Source of the DNA: Deltaproteobacteria bacterium
GTDB lineage: Bacteria; Myxococcota_A; UBA9160; SMWR01
Length of the DNA: 64,000 bases
Direction of reading: 5' to 3'
Assembly: GCA_032128375.1 (NCBI GenBank)
Contig: JAQBGU010000210.1
Coordinates: forward strand, 1 to 64,000
Position 1 is the first letter of the stretch; every line of letters starts with the position of its first letter. Positions 37,392 to 47,795 of this stretch are shown in pieces. Under the pieces are notes generated by a model. That model made no database searches. It saw only the letters and a list, made by a program, of their open reading frames with translations, and was not told the origin of the DNA. A program made the position numbers and the translations under genes.

Positions 37392-39359
37392 CTACTCCGA
37401 GGCCGATTCCCGCACGGCCTTTGCGCGCGGTGTCAGCAGATAGTCGCTCAGCTGCGGCTCGCGTGTCCAAGCCCAGTAGTCGACCAACCGCCAAGGGGAC
37501 GTGGTAGTGACCCGGCCCTTTGCATTTTTGTACCAGCTGTCCATGCCGGGGTGCGCCCAGACCATCTGCGCGGCTTCTCGCTGCAGACGCGCGTTGTACT
37601 CGTCGTGCACGCTTTGTTTACACTCCATCGCTGCATGGTCGCCCGCCAATAGCGCCTGGATACAGCCCATGATGTATCGCACCTGACACTCGGAATGGAA
37701 GATGATGCTTCCGGCGTGGGCGAGGTTCGTGTTGGGTCCGTACACCAGAAAGAGATTCGGAAAATTCGGCACGCTGATGCCGAGGTAGGCCTCGGGGTCG
37801 TCCCCCCACTGCTCACGCAGGTTCGCAGCCGCGCGGCCGGTGATTTCCATTGGCCACAGAAATCGATTCGCATGAAAACCCGTGGCGAAGATGATGAGAT
37901 CGACGGGATATTCTTCACCGTCTTCGCCCACCACAGCGTCCGGCGTCACGCTCGAAACGCCCGAATCGACCAGCTCTACATTGTCGCGCTTGAGTGTTTG
38001 CAGCCAACTGCCATTGTCCTGCAAGATCCGCTTGCCAAATGGCGGATAACTGGGGGTCACCTTCTCGAGCAGCCCGTCGTCGCCTCCGAGCTGCTCTTTC
38101 ATATAGGCGATGAAGGCCATGCGCGTGGCATCGTTGATCGCATTGATCGATCGAGCCGGGTGCGGCCATTCGGGATCGACTTTCAGTGAAGGCAACAGAC
38201 CGTCCGAACCGGGCCAGAAAATCAGAAACCGATACCAGCGCGCGTAGTAGGGGACGTTCTTCATCAGCCACTTGACTTGGTCGCTGACCGGACTGTGGTA
38301 GTTGGGATTCGGCAGCATCCAACCGGGCGAGCGTTGAAAGACGCACAACTTCTCCGCTCTCTTGGCGACCTCCGGAACCAGCTGGAGCGCGCTCGCACCG
38401 GTTCCGATCACCGCAACCCGTTTGCCCTCCAGTTCGTGCTCAGCTTCCCAGCGCGCGGAATGGAACGCCGGCCCGCGAAACGACGCCAGCCCATCGAGAT
38501 CCGGGATCTTGGGCCGATTGAGCTGACCGACAGCGCTGATCACCACGTTGGCGCGCAGTGTTTCGGGCCCTCCCCCCTGTGGCCGGATCTCAACGAACCA
38601 CTTTGATTCGTCTTCATCGAAGCGCGCCCTCACGACTTCGGTACGAAACCGAATCCGATCTCGAACGCCGAATTTCGTGCCGCAGCTCTCGAAGTAGTCG
38701 TTCAGTTCGCGCCGCTGAGAGTAGTATTCCGACCAGTCGTGATTCGGCGCAAAGGAATAACAATAGAAGTGATTGCCGACGTCGACTCGGCAACCCGGGT
38801 AGCTGTTCTCGAGCCAGGTGCCTCCGATCCCGTCGTTCTTTTCGATCACGGTGTAGGGGATACCGGCGTCCTCGAGTTGAATAGCAGCCAACAACCCGGA
38901 CATCCCGGCACCGATGATGAGCACTGCGAAGTCGTGGTTCACCGCGTCCGAGATCTTCGAATCGACGGCCCTGGAATCGACTCCATCGAGAGCCAGCTCC
39001 TCCCGCATCATCGGCACGTAGTCGTCGGGCACTTCTTCGCCGACCGCAAAGCTCATCATCTCGCGAACCGTCTCAGGTGAGGGCGGCGGCGGTAGTGTGC
39101 AGCCGCGGTCCCGATATTCCTTCAGGACGTCCAGCGCGCGCGCTCGTACCTCTGCCTTCTGCTCTGCTGAGAGCCTGCCCTGGAACTCGCCCATCGTTGC
39201 CTGTCCCGGACGTATCGGGCCGGTGAGGATGCTGGTGTCGCCGGTGATGTGAAGAATCGACATCAGCAGTGCCGGAACACTGGCGTGTTCGAGGGCCTGT
39301 GCGACGACGGCGTCGTCGTCGCAAAGCGATTCCTGCGCGGGTGCAATAACGTGCGGCAT
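37392..39359 (-). CDS. Baeyer-Villiger monooxygenase, HAPMO-like with N-terminal extension
   Basis: GAGMSG, GGTWLENSYPGCRVD, fingerprint FRGPAFHSARW, GTGASA, ATGF. Confidence 0.92.
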   Translation of the reverse strand: MPHVIAPAQESLCDDDAVVAQALEHASVPALLMSILHITGDTSILTGPIRPGQATMGEFQGRLSAEQKAEVRARALDVLKEYRDRGCTLPPPPSPETVREMMSFAVGEEVPDDYVPMMREELALDGVDSRAVDSKISDAVNHDFAVLIIGAGMSGLLAAIQLEDAGIPYTVIEKNDGIGGTWLENSYPGCRVDVGNHFYCYSFAPNHDWSEYYSQRRELNDYFESCGTKFGVRDRIRFRTEVVRARFDEDESKWFVEIRPQGGGPETLRANVVISAVGQLNRPKIPDLDGLASFRGPAFHSARWEAEHELEGKRVAVIGTGASALQLVPEVAKRAEKLCVFQRSPGWMLPNPNYHSPVSDQVKWLMKNVPYYARWYRFLIFWPGSDGLLPSLKVDPEWPHPARSINAINDATRMAFIAYMKEQLGGDDGLLEKVTPSYPPFGKRILQDNGSWLQTLKRDNVELVDSGVSSVTPDAVVGEDGEEYPVDLIIFATGFHANRFLWPMEITGRAAANLREQWGDDPEAYLGISVPNFPNLFLVYGPNTNLAHAGSIIFHSECQVRYIMGCIQALLAGDHAAMECKQSVHDEYNARLQREAAQMVWAHPGMDSWYKNAKGRVTTTSPWRLVDYWAWTREPQLSDYLLTPRAKAVRESASE

Positions 39360-39367
39360 TGTGTTCG

Positions 39368-41098
39368 TCAGTCGCGCTGCGCGGCGGGTATCAAAACCGT
39401 CTCGGTGTCGCGGCCGGATCGCAGCACGATCCCCGGCATCGCACCCGTGTGTTGCTGGCCGCGAACAATCTCGACACCGTTTACAAAAACGTGCTCGATG
39501 CCTTCCGCCTCGGCATACAGCCGCCCCGAACCCGCCGGAAGGTCGAACCGTGTGTAGGTTTCACCGACGTCGACGGTATCCGCGTCGAACACCACCACGT
39601 CTGCATACCACCCCTGTCGCAGCACGCCTCGCTCTTTGAGGCCGTACAATTTCGCTGGGACTTGCGTCAATTGATGGACGGCCTGTTCGAGGCTCAGCAA
39701 TTGATGCTTGCGAACACCGTTGCCGAGTACCTGCGTGGTCTGCGCGAATGTGTCGATCATATCCAGGTGAGCACCCGCATCGGACGCACCAATCACTGTG
39801 CGGTCGTCTTGCCATAGCTTGCCACGCAGCGCCCACGATTCGGGATCGTCGCCAATCGATATCGGCGAGAACGAGGTTTTCAAGCCATCGGCCAGAGCGA
39901 TGTCGAGCAGCGTGTCGAACGGCGCCTTGCCGAGTTCCTGGGCGATCTCGCCGATCAAACGACCTTCGAAAGGACGAGTCTGTTCAGAAAATGCTTCGCC
40001 CACTTTGAGCATCGACCAATTCGCCAAACCGCGCAGAATGCCTGCCTCGTCCGAATTCGCTCCCTCGTCGAGTTCTTGGCGTCTTGCCGGATTTTCGAGT
40101 TCCTTGATGCGATCCGCGACCGACATCTGAAACAGCTCCGCCCAGCCGGGAAATGCGTCGAAAATGAAACCCGCGTGCAGGTTGATTCGCACCGTCATGG
40201 CCTGCGGGACCGTCAACGCGATGACCTCGGCCCCCCGCTCGCGCGCGTGGTCGGTCGCCGATAGCTGGTGCTCCGCGGCCTCGGGTGCAGCGCCGTTCGC
40301 CGCCAATACGTTCCAGTTCACCGGACGCTGGGCCGCCAGCGAAAGGTCTGTCATCAGCTCCCGGGTCTTGTCGTCGAACGGAGCCAGCCCTGGCAAGAAC
40401 TCGATCGTCGTGCCGGGGTGCTCGCTGACGACTCGTCCGAGTTCCAGGATCTCTTCGCGACTCGCGTGTCGTGACGGGACCGGTTTTCCGTCTGCATCGT
40501 TGTGCGTCACGGATAGCGTGCTCGAAAAACCCATTCCACCCGCGCGGAGCGATTCGTGCAGCAGCAATTTCATCTGTTCCAGTTCAGTGTCGGTCGACTT
40601 TTCGCCGACCGCGCGCTCACCCATCACGACGCGGCGAATGGCGGAGTGCCCCACCATGAAGCCCGCGTTCACGGCCAGCTTGCCTTCGAGCCGGTCGAGG
40701 TACTCTGCGAAGCTCGTCCAATCCCACGGCACGCCCTGTTCGAGGCTCTCGAGCGGCATCCCCTCGACCCGCGCGAGCATCCGCATCAGGTATGGGCCGG
40801 CCTCCGGAGAAAGCGGCGCGATACTGAAACCACAGTTTCCCGCGAAAACGCTGGTCACACCGTGATACGGCGATGGACTCAGCGTTCCGTCCCAAAAGAC
40901 CTGCGCATCGTAGTGGGTGTGAACGTCAACGAAGCCCGGACACACGATCTTGCCAGTGGCATCGATTGTTTCGCGCGCGTCTTCATCGAGCGAGCCGATC
41001 GCGACGATTCGCCCCCCCCGGATGCCGAGATCCGCGCGGCGAGCCGCGTCCCCGGTGCCATCGATCACGGTTCCGCCGCAGATTTTCACATCGAGCAT
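39368..41098 (-). CDS. N-acyl-D-amino-acid deacylase family amidohydrolase
   Basis: MLDVKICGGTVIDGTG, PGFVDVHTHYDAQ, GNCGFS, SDAGAH, ADVVVFD. The ORF-track start at 42076 is too long; ATG at 41098. Confidence 0.92.
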   Translation of the reverse strand: MLDVKICGGTVIDGTGDAARRADLGIRGGRIVAIGSLDEDARETIDATGKIVCPGFVDVHTHYDAQVFWDGTLSPSPYHGVTSVFAGNCGFSIAPLSPEAGPYLMRMLARVEGMPLESLEQGVPWDWTSFAEYLDRLEGKLAVNAGFMVGHSAIRRVVMGERAVGEKSTDTELEQMKLLLHESLRAGGMGFSSTLSVTHNDADGKPVPSRHASREEILELGRVVSEHPGTTIEFLPGLAPFDDKTRELMTDLSLAAQRPVNWNVLAANGAAPEAAEHQLSATDHARERGAEVIALTVPQAMTVRINLHAGFIFDAFPGWAELFQMSVADRIKELENPARRQELDEGANSDEAGILRGLANWSMLKVGEAFSEQTRPFEGRLIGEIAQELGKAPFDTLLDIALADGLKTSFSPISIGDDPESWALRGKLWQDDRTVIGASDAGAHLDMIDTFAQTTQVLGNGVRKHQLLSLEQAVHQLTQVPAKLYGLKERGVLRQGWYADVVVFDADTVDVGETYTRFDLPAGSGRLYAEAEGIEHVFVNGVEIVRGQQHTGAMPGIVLRSGRDTETVLIPAAQRD

Positions 41099-41333
41099 GT
41101 CCCAGGTCTCCGCCGCGCCGAACACACGTCCGGACGAACCCATACCATAGGTCTTGTGCGCTATTGGGGGGAAGACTTGGTTCTGCTCCCTGACTGCCAC
41201 GCTGTTTTCTGCGAGATTTCCGGGTACCAATGGGGAGATGATGCGATGGCCTGGCCGAGCGAGCGCGGACGTCCCGGTCGCGGGTGTGGCAATCGGCACG
41301 CCAATGGGCACGCCAAAAGGCACGGAAACGAAC

Positions 41334-42494
41334 ATGGCTGATGGCATCCCCGGAATCGATTCCGGCAGACGACGCAGCACACCGCTTCTGGCGCTCGCAC
41401 CGATGGACGGTGTCACCGATTGGGCCTTCCGCGACCTGCTGACGCGCCTGTCGAATCGCAGCGCTGGGCGGGATTGCCCCCCCGATTCGAACCATCGCAG
41501 CCGCATGCCAGACGATTCTGTCGATGACCGTTCTCGTTCAGTCGATTCTCGCTCAGGCAGGTCTGTCTCAGACAAGTCCATCACAGACAAATCCATCGCC
41601 AACCCGGCCGTTCCGAACCGTGGCAACTCCAACAATGCCATCGACTGGTGTGTGTCGGAGTTCGTTCGGATCAGCCAGCGCCCGGCGCCAGCAAAGCTGC
41701 TCAAACGGGCCTGCCCAGAGCTCGAAAATGCGGGCCGCACCCGATCCGGAGTGGCGGTGCACCTCCAGCTCTTGGGCGGCGACCCCGACCCGATCGCCGA
41801 AACGGCGAGACTGGCTGTCGATCTGGGTGCATCCGGCATTGATTTGAATTTTGGTTGTCCGGCGAAAACCGTAAACCGCCACGACGGCGGCGCCAGCCTG
41901 CTGCGGCATCCAAGCCGGCTCGAAGGGATCGTCTGCGCCGTTCGCGCAGCGGTCGACCCCAAGATCCCAGTGAGCGCCAAGATCCGCACCGGCTGGGATG
42001 ACCACCGCAGCGTGCGAACACTGGCGCACGCAGCCGAGGCAGGCGGCGCGTCCTGGCTGACGGTCCACGGACGCACGCGAGCAGAAGGCTACGGCCCCGC
42101 AGCCAACTGGGAGGCGGTTGGCGAGGCACGCGATGCCGTCGACATCCCCGTCGTGGCGAACGGGGACCTGAACACTGCAAGCGCCCTCGCACGATGTGAA
42201 GTTCGATCCGGCTGCGATTCATTCATGCTGGGACGCGGTGCGATGGCGCGACCTCAGATCTTCGGCGAAATCCGCGGCTGGATCGCGACCGGCGAACAGC
42301 TGCCGTTGTCCGAAATCCTGTTGCAACACGCCGCGCTGTTGCTCGCCAACCATGCGTCGAATGCACTCGTGGTTCGGCGTACCAAACAATGGCTATGCCT
42401 GGCAGCGAAAATCGATTCAGGCCTGCGACCACTGTTCGAGTCGATCAAACGCCTGAGCGAAATCGACGTATGCCTGAAGACGCTCTCGAGCTGA
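41334..42494 (+). CDS. tRNA-dihydrouridine synthase (DusC-like) with an internal low-complexity insertion
   Basis: LALAPMDGVTD, CVSEFVRI, QLLGG, IDLNFGCPAKTVNRHDGGASLL, SAKIRTGW, TVHGRT, VANGDL, MLGRG. Confidence 0.9.
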   Translation: MADGIPGIDSGRRRSTPLLALAPMDGVTDWAFRDLLTRLSNRSAGRDCPPDSNHRSRMPDDSVDDRSRSVDSRSGRSVSDKSITDKSIANPAVPNRGNSNNAIDWCVSEFVRISQRPAPAKLLKRACPELENAGRTRSGVAVHLQLLGGDPDPIAETARLAVDLGASGIDLNFGCPAKTVNRHDGGASLLRHPSRLEGIVCAVRAAVDPKIPVSAKIRTGWDDHRSVRTLAHAAEAGGASWLTVHGRTRAEGYGPAANWEAVGEARDAVDIPVVANGDLNTASALARCEVRSGCDSFMLGRGAMARPQIFGEIRGWIATGEQLPLSEILLQHAALLLANHASNALVVRRTKQWLCLAAKIDSGLRPLFESIKRLSEIDVCLKTLSS

Positions 42495-42531
42495 GGATCC
42501 GTTCTCGAGAAGCGCCGCAAGGGGAGACGCC

Positions 42532-43443
42532 ATGGCGGACGACGGGCAAATGCTGAGCGACGTGGGTAGCGAACAACCTGCGCTGCTGCTGGTCCCGAAC
42601 GGCGATCGGCGCACCGCACAGGAGTGGGCACTGGTACTCGCATCGCAAGGCATGAGTTCCCGCACACTCGTGCAAGACGGTCTGCTCGTGCTGGAAGTGG
42701 GGCCCGGCCGGCTCGACGCGGCACGAACGGCGATTGCAAGCTATCTGCAGGAGAACTCTGCCGCGCCCGATTCCGAGCCGGTAGCCGTTCCCGATCACGA
42801 CCTATCGAGCTGGGCGGGTCTGGTCTTCGCCATCGCGATCCTGGCTACCTTCACCGCGGCGGGTGGCGGCTCGAGTAGTCCAGAACTCTTCGATCGCGGC
42901 AGTGCGAATGCGGAGCGGATTCTGTCGGGGCAGTGGTGGCGCTGTGTGACGGCGCTGTGCCTGCACGCCGACATCCCCCATGTGCTCGGCAATGCCCTCG
43001 TCGGGGCTTACTTCGTGACTGCGGTTTGCCACCAGCTGGGCTCGGGCCTGGGGATCGCGCTGGTCCTGTCGAGCGGCGCGATCGGAAACGCGCTCAACGC
43101 CTTCGCTTACGCATCGGGCCACCAATCAGTCGGCGCATCCACCGCGGTGTTCGGCGCGATCGGTGTGCTGGCCGGCGTCGCTGCGGCGCGGCCGCGAACC
43201 ACCACGCGAAGCCGACGCCGCTGGGTTCCGTTCGCGGCGGGGCTCGGACTGCTCGCGATGCTCGGCACCAGCGGCGCGCGGGTCGACATCTGGGCGCACT
43301 TCTTTGGGTTGTTGGCTGGGAGTGTCGTCGGGGCTGCCACCGGTCACTTCGTCGAGAGTCGTCCATCACGGGCTTCGCAGTGGGTGTTCGGGTGTCTCGC
43401 GATCAGTGTGTTGACCGAGTGTTGGGTACTGGCGCTCGAGTGA
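42532..43443 (+). CDS. Rhomboid family intramembrane serine protease
   Basis: WWRCVTALCLHADIPHVLGN, catalytic GAS (SVGASTAVFG) and AHFFG. Confidence 0.92.
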   Translation: MADDGQMLSDVGSEQPALLLVPNGDRRTAQEWALVLASQGMSSRTLVQDGLLVLEVGPGRLDAARTAIASYLQENSAAPDSEPVAVPDHDLSSWAGLVFAIAILATFTAAGGGSSSPELFDRGSANAERILSGQWWRCVTALCLHADIPHVLGNALVGAYFVTAVCHQLGSGLGIALVLSSGAIGNALNAFAYASGHQSVGASTAVFGAIGVLAGVAAARPRTTTRSRRRWVPFAAGLGLLAMLGTSGARVDIWAHFFGLLAGSVVGAATGHFVESRPSRASQWVFGCLAISVLTECWVLALE

Positions 43444-43522
43444 ATCTCTCGACGAATTCGCCTTCGGCTCGCGATTCGATCCACTACCCGTCGGACGCAA
43501 CCACGATGTCGAGCGCTTGCGC

Positions 43523-44935
43523 CTAGTATCCCTCGAGCACAGCGATCTTCACGAGTTCGCCGGCTTCGAAGGTTCGATCTACCGAGAAGGAATTCATCAC
43601 AGCGGTTTCTTGAATGGTCCAGTGGTTCCCGGTTCGCTTGCTGAGATCGGCAATTTGCTCGCCACCGAGCCCGGTCGCGATCCGCAGCCGCGATTCGCGA
43701 ATCTCGCGGCGCTCGTCCGGTTTCAGTGTGCGCAGGCTCCTGGGAACGTTCATCAAGGCCCCCTTGTAGCGATCGAACACAACGCTCGGCGCCGCCGCGG
43801 TAAAGCGGTAGATCACTCCGTCGCGATTGATGTAGGTCAGCATCGCGCGAACACCGGGAAGCGTCCCCTGTACGCGAAACGCTTCGAATGTACCAACCGT
43901 CACCCGTTGGGATTCGGTCAGTCGAAAACCGAGCTCAGAGAGTGTCGCAAGGTGCTCGGACGCTGCGGCCTCGACGTCCTCACCCGCGCCCTGATGCTCC
44001 ATAAAAATCTGGGCGTCGCGACGCTGCGGGAACGCACCGACCGCCACGTGGGTGTTTCGCATTTGCCAGCCGGCGGGAAATCGAACGGAAAGATCGAGTT
44101 CGGCGTGGAGGAACCGATCGCCCACGAACACACCTTCCGACGCGCGCGGTCCGATCGCGAGGCCGTCGTAGCGCTTCAGGTAGTCGCTGCGCGAAGCCGA
44201 GATCGGCGGCTGGCGCTTCCCGGCAACCAGCTGAGCTCGTCCGGCGGCCTCCGCGACGCGCCTGGCGGTCGACGGGTGGGTGTCCCAGAATCCCGGCAGG
44301 CGCGACGCGCCGAGCTTCAGCCGCTCGGTGTGCTCCAGATCTCGCAGGAACGAAGCGAGGCCGCTCGGGTCGTATCCCGCAAGCGCGGCGAGTCCCTGCC
44401 CCAGACGATCGGCTTCGCGCTCCTGGTCGCGGTTGTATCCCGCCAGATATCCCCCCTGCAGAAAACTCAGCGATCCGCGCATCAGTTCCTGACGGGCGGC
44501 CGCGTGCCGCGACGCCACGTGCACGATTTCGTGACCGAGCACATTGGCCAGTTCATCTTCGCTGTTGGTCAGCGTCAGCAAACCGCGCGATACGAAGATG
44601 AAGCCGCCCGGGAGCGCAAAGGCATTCGGTGCCTCCTGGTCGACAATTTGAAACGTGTACTTGAAGCGCCCCCGAGGAGCGTGTTGCGCGAGTCTCTGCC
44701 CGACCGCGTTTACATACGCTGTCAGCAACGGATCCTCGATGAGACCAAGCTGCCCCTTGACGGCTTCCGCGCTGTCTTCACCAACCTTGCTATCCACATC
44801 TTCCGATCGCAAGATGACTTCTTTGTGCGGTTTGGGACCCGAACCGCCGCCGCCGCACGCCGCTGCGATCAGACACACCAGCCCGACACACGGCCCGGTT
44901 CTGAAACTCGCGCGCTTGCCACGCCCGCGCATCAT
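43523..44935 (-). CDS. M48 family metalloprotease lipoprotein
   Basis: Lipobox IAAAC; PNAFALPGG, ELANVLGHEIVH, QEREAD..G, GYDP, THP. Confidence 0.9.
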   Translation of the reverse strand: MMRGRGKRASFRTGPCVGLVCLIAAACGGGGSGPKPHKEVILRSEDVDSKVGEDSAEAVKGQLGLIEDPLLTAYVNAVGQRLAQHAPRGRFKYTFQIVDQEAPNAFALPGGFIFVSRGLLTLTNSEDELANVLGHEIVHVASRHAAARQELMRGSLSFLQGGYLAGYNRDQEREADRLGQGLAALAGYDPSGLASFLRDLEHTERLKLGASRLPGFWDTHPSTARRVAEAAGRAQLVAGKRQPPISASRSDYLKRYDGLAIGPRASEGVFVGDRFLHAELDLSVRFPAGWQMRNTHVAVGAFPQRRDAQIFMEHQGAGEDVEAAASEHLATLSELGFRLTESQRVTVGTFEAFRVQGTLPGVRAMLTYINRDGVIYRFTAAAPSVVFDRYKGALMNVPRSLRTLKPDERREIRESRLRIATGLGGEQIADLSKRTGNHWTIQETAVMNSFSVDRTFEAGELVKIAVLEGY

Positions 44936-46278
44936 TCGCCCTCGTCCCTCGCCGGCTCGACTGGCATGCTTCCATGCACCGCATGGCTGCGGAGCTGATC
45001 GAACGCATGCTCGCTGGTCTCGATGCCTCGGGCATGCAGGCGGCTGCGCGCCATTTCCGAAAGCGTCCCAGCCACCAGCAGCACGGTCTTGGCCACCGGT
45101 TGGCGATCCGGTAGCGGCCGCTCGGCGAGCCCAGCCAGCGTTGCCATCCGTTGATTCCAGACGGCGTAGTCTGCGGCGACGGGCAGGACCAGAGTCTGGT
45201 CTTCGGTGTATCCCATCAGGCGGTCGTCAACGCTCACGATCGCGCGAATTCCCGACGCCCGATCACTGTAATCGCGCATCAGTCGCGCGGTCTGCGTAAA
45301 CATTTGTGCGTCGATTTCGGATTCGGCCGTAATCGCCGACTCGATGAACGCGACGCGGTTGGCGGCCAGGTCCATTCCGGCGAGCGCCGCGACCAGAACC
45401 GTCTGGTTGCGCGGCGAATACCAGGCGTGGCCGGTGAACTGAAGTGCGAGCGGCTCGGAGACGCCCATCACAGCGAGTTCGATCCGATTCAACCTTCGCA
45501 GGTCTTCGGGTGGGTACTCGCGAAGAATCTCGGAAAGCCGATCCCCGTCCCCCTGCGCGGATGACTCGCCCGCAATGAACGGCACAAGCATGCTGGGGAG
45601 GCTCCCGGCGTAGGCCGCCCAGGCAAATCGATTGAGTTGTTTCTGAAGCGCCTTGTTGGACGAGTACGGATCCACATCGAGTTTCGCCGCCAGCAATCGC
45701 TTCTGATTCTCGAAGCCGATCCACGCGGCGAATTCACTGTCTTCGAACTCGCTGCGTTCTCCGGTGGCCAGCTGCGCGGTGCGCTGGATTGTTTGCCAGG
45801 CACCACGCGGGACGCCCAGCACACTGTCGACCGGGTTCGTCACCAGATTCCAGGTGGCGACGAACGGGCTGGTCAGCGCGCGACCGGCCGCGGCGGCGAA
45901 AGTCGCGGTCTTGCTCGTCGCGCGCATCGCAGCCAGCGCCTCGATCTCGCGCAGGCAATCCGCGAGCTGCTCGTCTCCGCGCACCTCGAAGTCGCCGAAG
46001 TCCGAAGCAATCAAATAGACGTTGGCGCGCCCGTCATGCAAGACCTCGGCGTCGATCGTGTGGTACGGGCCCGTGAGTTGATCGGCGGCTATGAGATCAG
46101 TCGCACGCCGAGCGGGACTCAGCTCGAAACCGGCGCGCTCCGCGGCTTGGCGCTGTGCAGCAGTCGGCGGCTCGATCGATCGTGTCGTCGATGCAGCGCA
46201 TCCAGCGAGCCCCCCGATGAGCCCCAGTGTTGCGGAAAGTGCAATGGCGAGCCTTTGAGTTCTCCATCTCCGGTCCAT
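44932..46278 (-). CDS. Conserved hypothetical lipoprotein
   Basis: Lipobox LAGC; long ORF overlapping the M48 start (ATGA); motifs NPVDSVLGVPRG and LDVDPYSSN. Confidence 0.7.
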   Translation of the reverse strand: MDRRWRTQRLAIALSATLGLIGGLAGCAASTTRSIEPPTAAQRQAAERAGFELSPARRATDLIAADQLTGPYHTIDAEVLHDGRANVYLIASDFGDFEVRGDEQLADCLREIEALAAMRATSKTATFAAAAGRALTSPFVATWNLVTNPVDSVLGVPRGAWQTIQRTAQLATGERSEFEDSEFAAWIGFENQKRLLAAKLDVDPYSSNKALQKQLNRFAWAAYAGSLPSMLVPFIAGESSAQGDGDRLSEILREYPPEDLRRLNRIELAVMGVSEPLALQFTGHAWYSPRNQTVLVAALAGMDLAANRVAFIESAITAESEIDAQMFTQTARLMRDYSDRASGIRAIVSVDDRLMGYTEDQTLVLPVAADYAVWNQRMATLAGLAERPLPDRQPVAKTVLLVAGTLSEMARSRLHARGIETSEHAFDQLRSHAVHGSMPVEPARDEGE

Positions 46279-46412
46279 TCGGGTCCCCAGTCAGCGCACA
46301 ACCGATTCGATCGGCCCGTAAGTCCAGACCATAACGTGTCGAATTGTCAACACACCACGCCTCGAACCGGCACACGGGTAGCGCGCAGGGTCAATCAGGC
46401 GTCAACCGCGCG

Positions 46413-47603
46413 TCAGTCCAGTAGAACGTCCGCGGCGCGGCTCGAGATCCCAACGCTGCGCCGCGCCTGGCGCAGGTTGTTGCGGTCGTGTCCGTTCGTG
46501 CAGTACCCGAGCGAGATGCCGGTCTTTGGATCGACCCATGCAACCTGACCGCCCGCCCCACCGTGACCGAACGCCTCGGCGGAGTTCGTATGTCCGAAAC
46601 CCCGGAAATTTCGCTGGCTGTCGCCGGAAACGATCAATCCGAGCGAGCGGTTGGCGAGGTGGCCGAACACCGGGTCACGCAGCTCACCACTGCGGACTCG
46701 CCGCGCCATCTGCAGCGTCTCGAGAGCCCAGATGCGCTCACCAGCGAGCGACTCGCCGGTCAGCAACGCCTGATAGAACAGCGCGAGGTCACCCGCCGTC
46801 ATCGTCCCGCCGCCGCCCGGGATTCCGGCCTCGCGAAAGTCCGCCCGGTTGAATGCCTGGACCGCCTCTTCGGTCACCTCGGTTTCGGGAGGCTGCGGGA
46901 CGCCCATCGCTGTGTAGTCGGCTTCCGTCATCCCTTCACCGACATGCACGATGTCCGCGAGCCTTCCGTGCAGCTTTCGGGGCAGGCCGCACCACAAGTC
47001 GTCGAGACCTAACGGGAGCGAAATCCGCTGTCGAACAAAATCACCAAACGATATCCCCGAGCGACGCTCGATGATCTCTGCGATCACGTACATGCTCGAT
47101 GACGGGTGATACTCGAACCTCGAACCCGGTTCCCAGCCCAGGCGCCATTTCGCGAAGTACTCGAGACGCTTGGCTCGGTCCAGAAACCGCGATGGCAGGA
47201 ATGGCGCGTGTGGAAAGCCCGCGGTGTGCGTGAACAACTGCTCGACGCAAACGACCCCCTTCCCGTTCGAACCGAACTCCGGGATGATGTCCGAGACGCG
47301 CTCGTCGGTGGCCAGCTTGCCATCCTGAATCAACAGCCAAGCCGCTGCCGATGTAATCGCCTTGGTGGATGAAAAAATCGCGTACAGTGTGTCGTTGTCG
47401 ACCGCGGCCTCGCGCCCTTCGAAAGTCGCCCGGCCGAAGCTGCGCATCGCGGCGATCTTGCCGCCGCGCGCGACGGCAATTTGCGCGGACGGAAGTAAGC
47501 CGGCTTTGAGTTCACGCTCGGCTCGGTCGAACAATTCGTCGAGTTTGCGCGAGTCGATCCCGACGGCTTCCGGAGATTCAGCGAAGAACTTTTCGTTGGG
47601 CAT
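46413..47603 (-). CDS. Serine hydrolase, beta-lactamase / class C-like family
   Basis: SxxK (FSSTK), LFTHTAGF, FEYHP, FGHGGAGGQ; ATG at 47603. Confidence 0.9.
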   Translation of the reverse strand: MPNEKFFAESPEAVGIDSRKLDELFDRAERELKAGLLPSAQIAVARGGKIAAMRSFGRATFEGREAAVDNDTLYAIFSSTKAITSAAAWLLIQDGKLATDERVSDIIPEFGSNGKGVVCVEQLFTHTAGFPHAPFLPSRFLDRAKRLEYFAKWRLGWEPGSRFEYHPSSSMYVIAEIIERRSGISFGDFVRQRISLPLGLDDLWCGLPRKLHGRLADIVHVGEGMTEADYTAMGVPQPPETEVTEEAVQAFNRADFREAGIPGGGGTMTAGDLALFYQALLTGESLAGERIWALETLQMARRVRSGELRDPVFGHLANRSLGLIVSGDSQRNFRGFGHTNSAEAFGHGGAGGQVAWVDPKTGISLGYCTNGHDRNNLRQARRSVGISSRAADVLLD

Positions 47604-47795
47604 GCCGCAGCCTATCACGAATGGCATCGACACTGGCAAAACTTTCTTGCGTGGTGATATTCTGACTCCGGAGGCGGTGGTGATCCCCACACTTTCGTTG
47701 CAAACCCCCGGGATGGAGACCGTCGACGTGCCGGCGCACGAATGGCTGCTGGAGCAGGAAGTCGGCGAGCGGTTGGTTCCAAGCCTGAAGAATCC

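Noticed and set aside
41099..42076. Long N-terminal extension of the 902-aa deacylase ORF
   Set aside because: It is the antisense shadow of the Dus gene; family homology starts at MLDVKI (41098).
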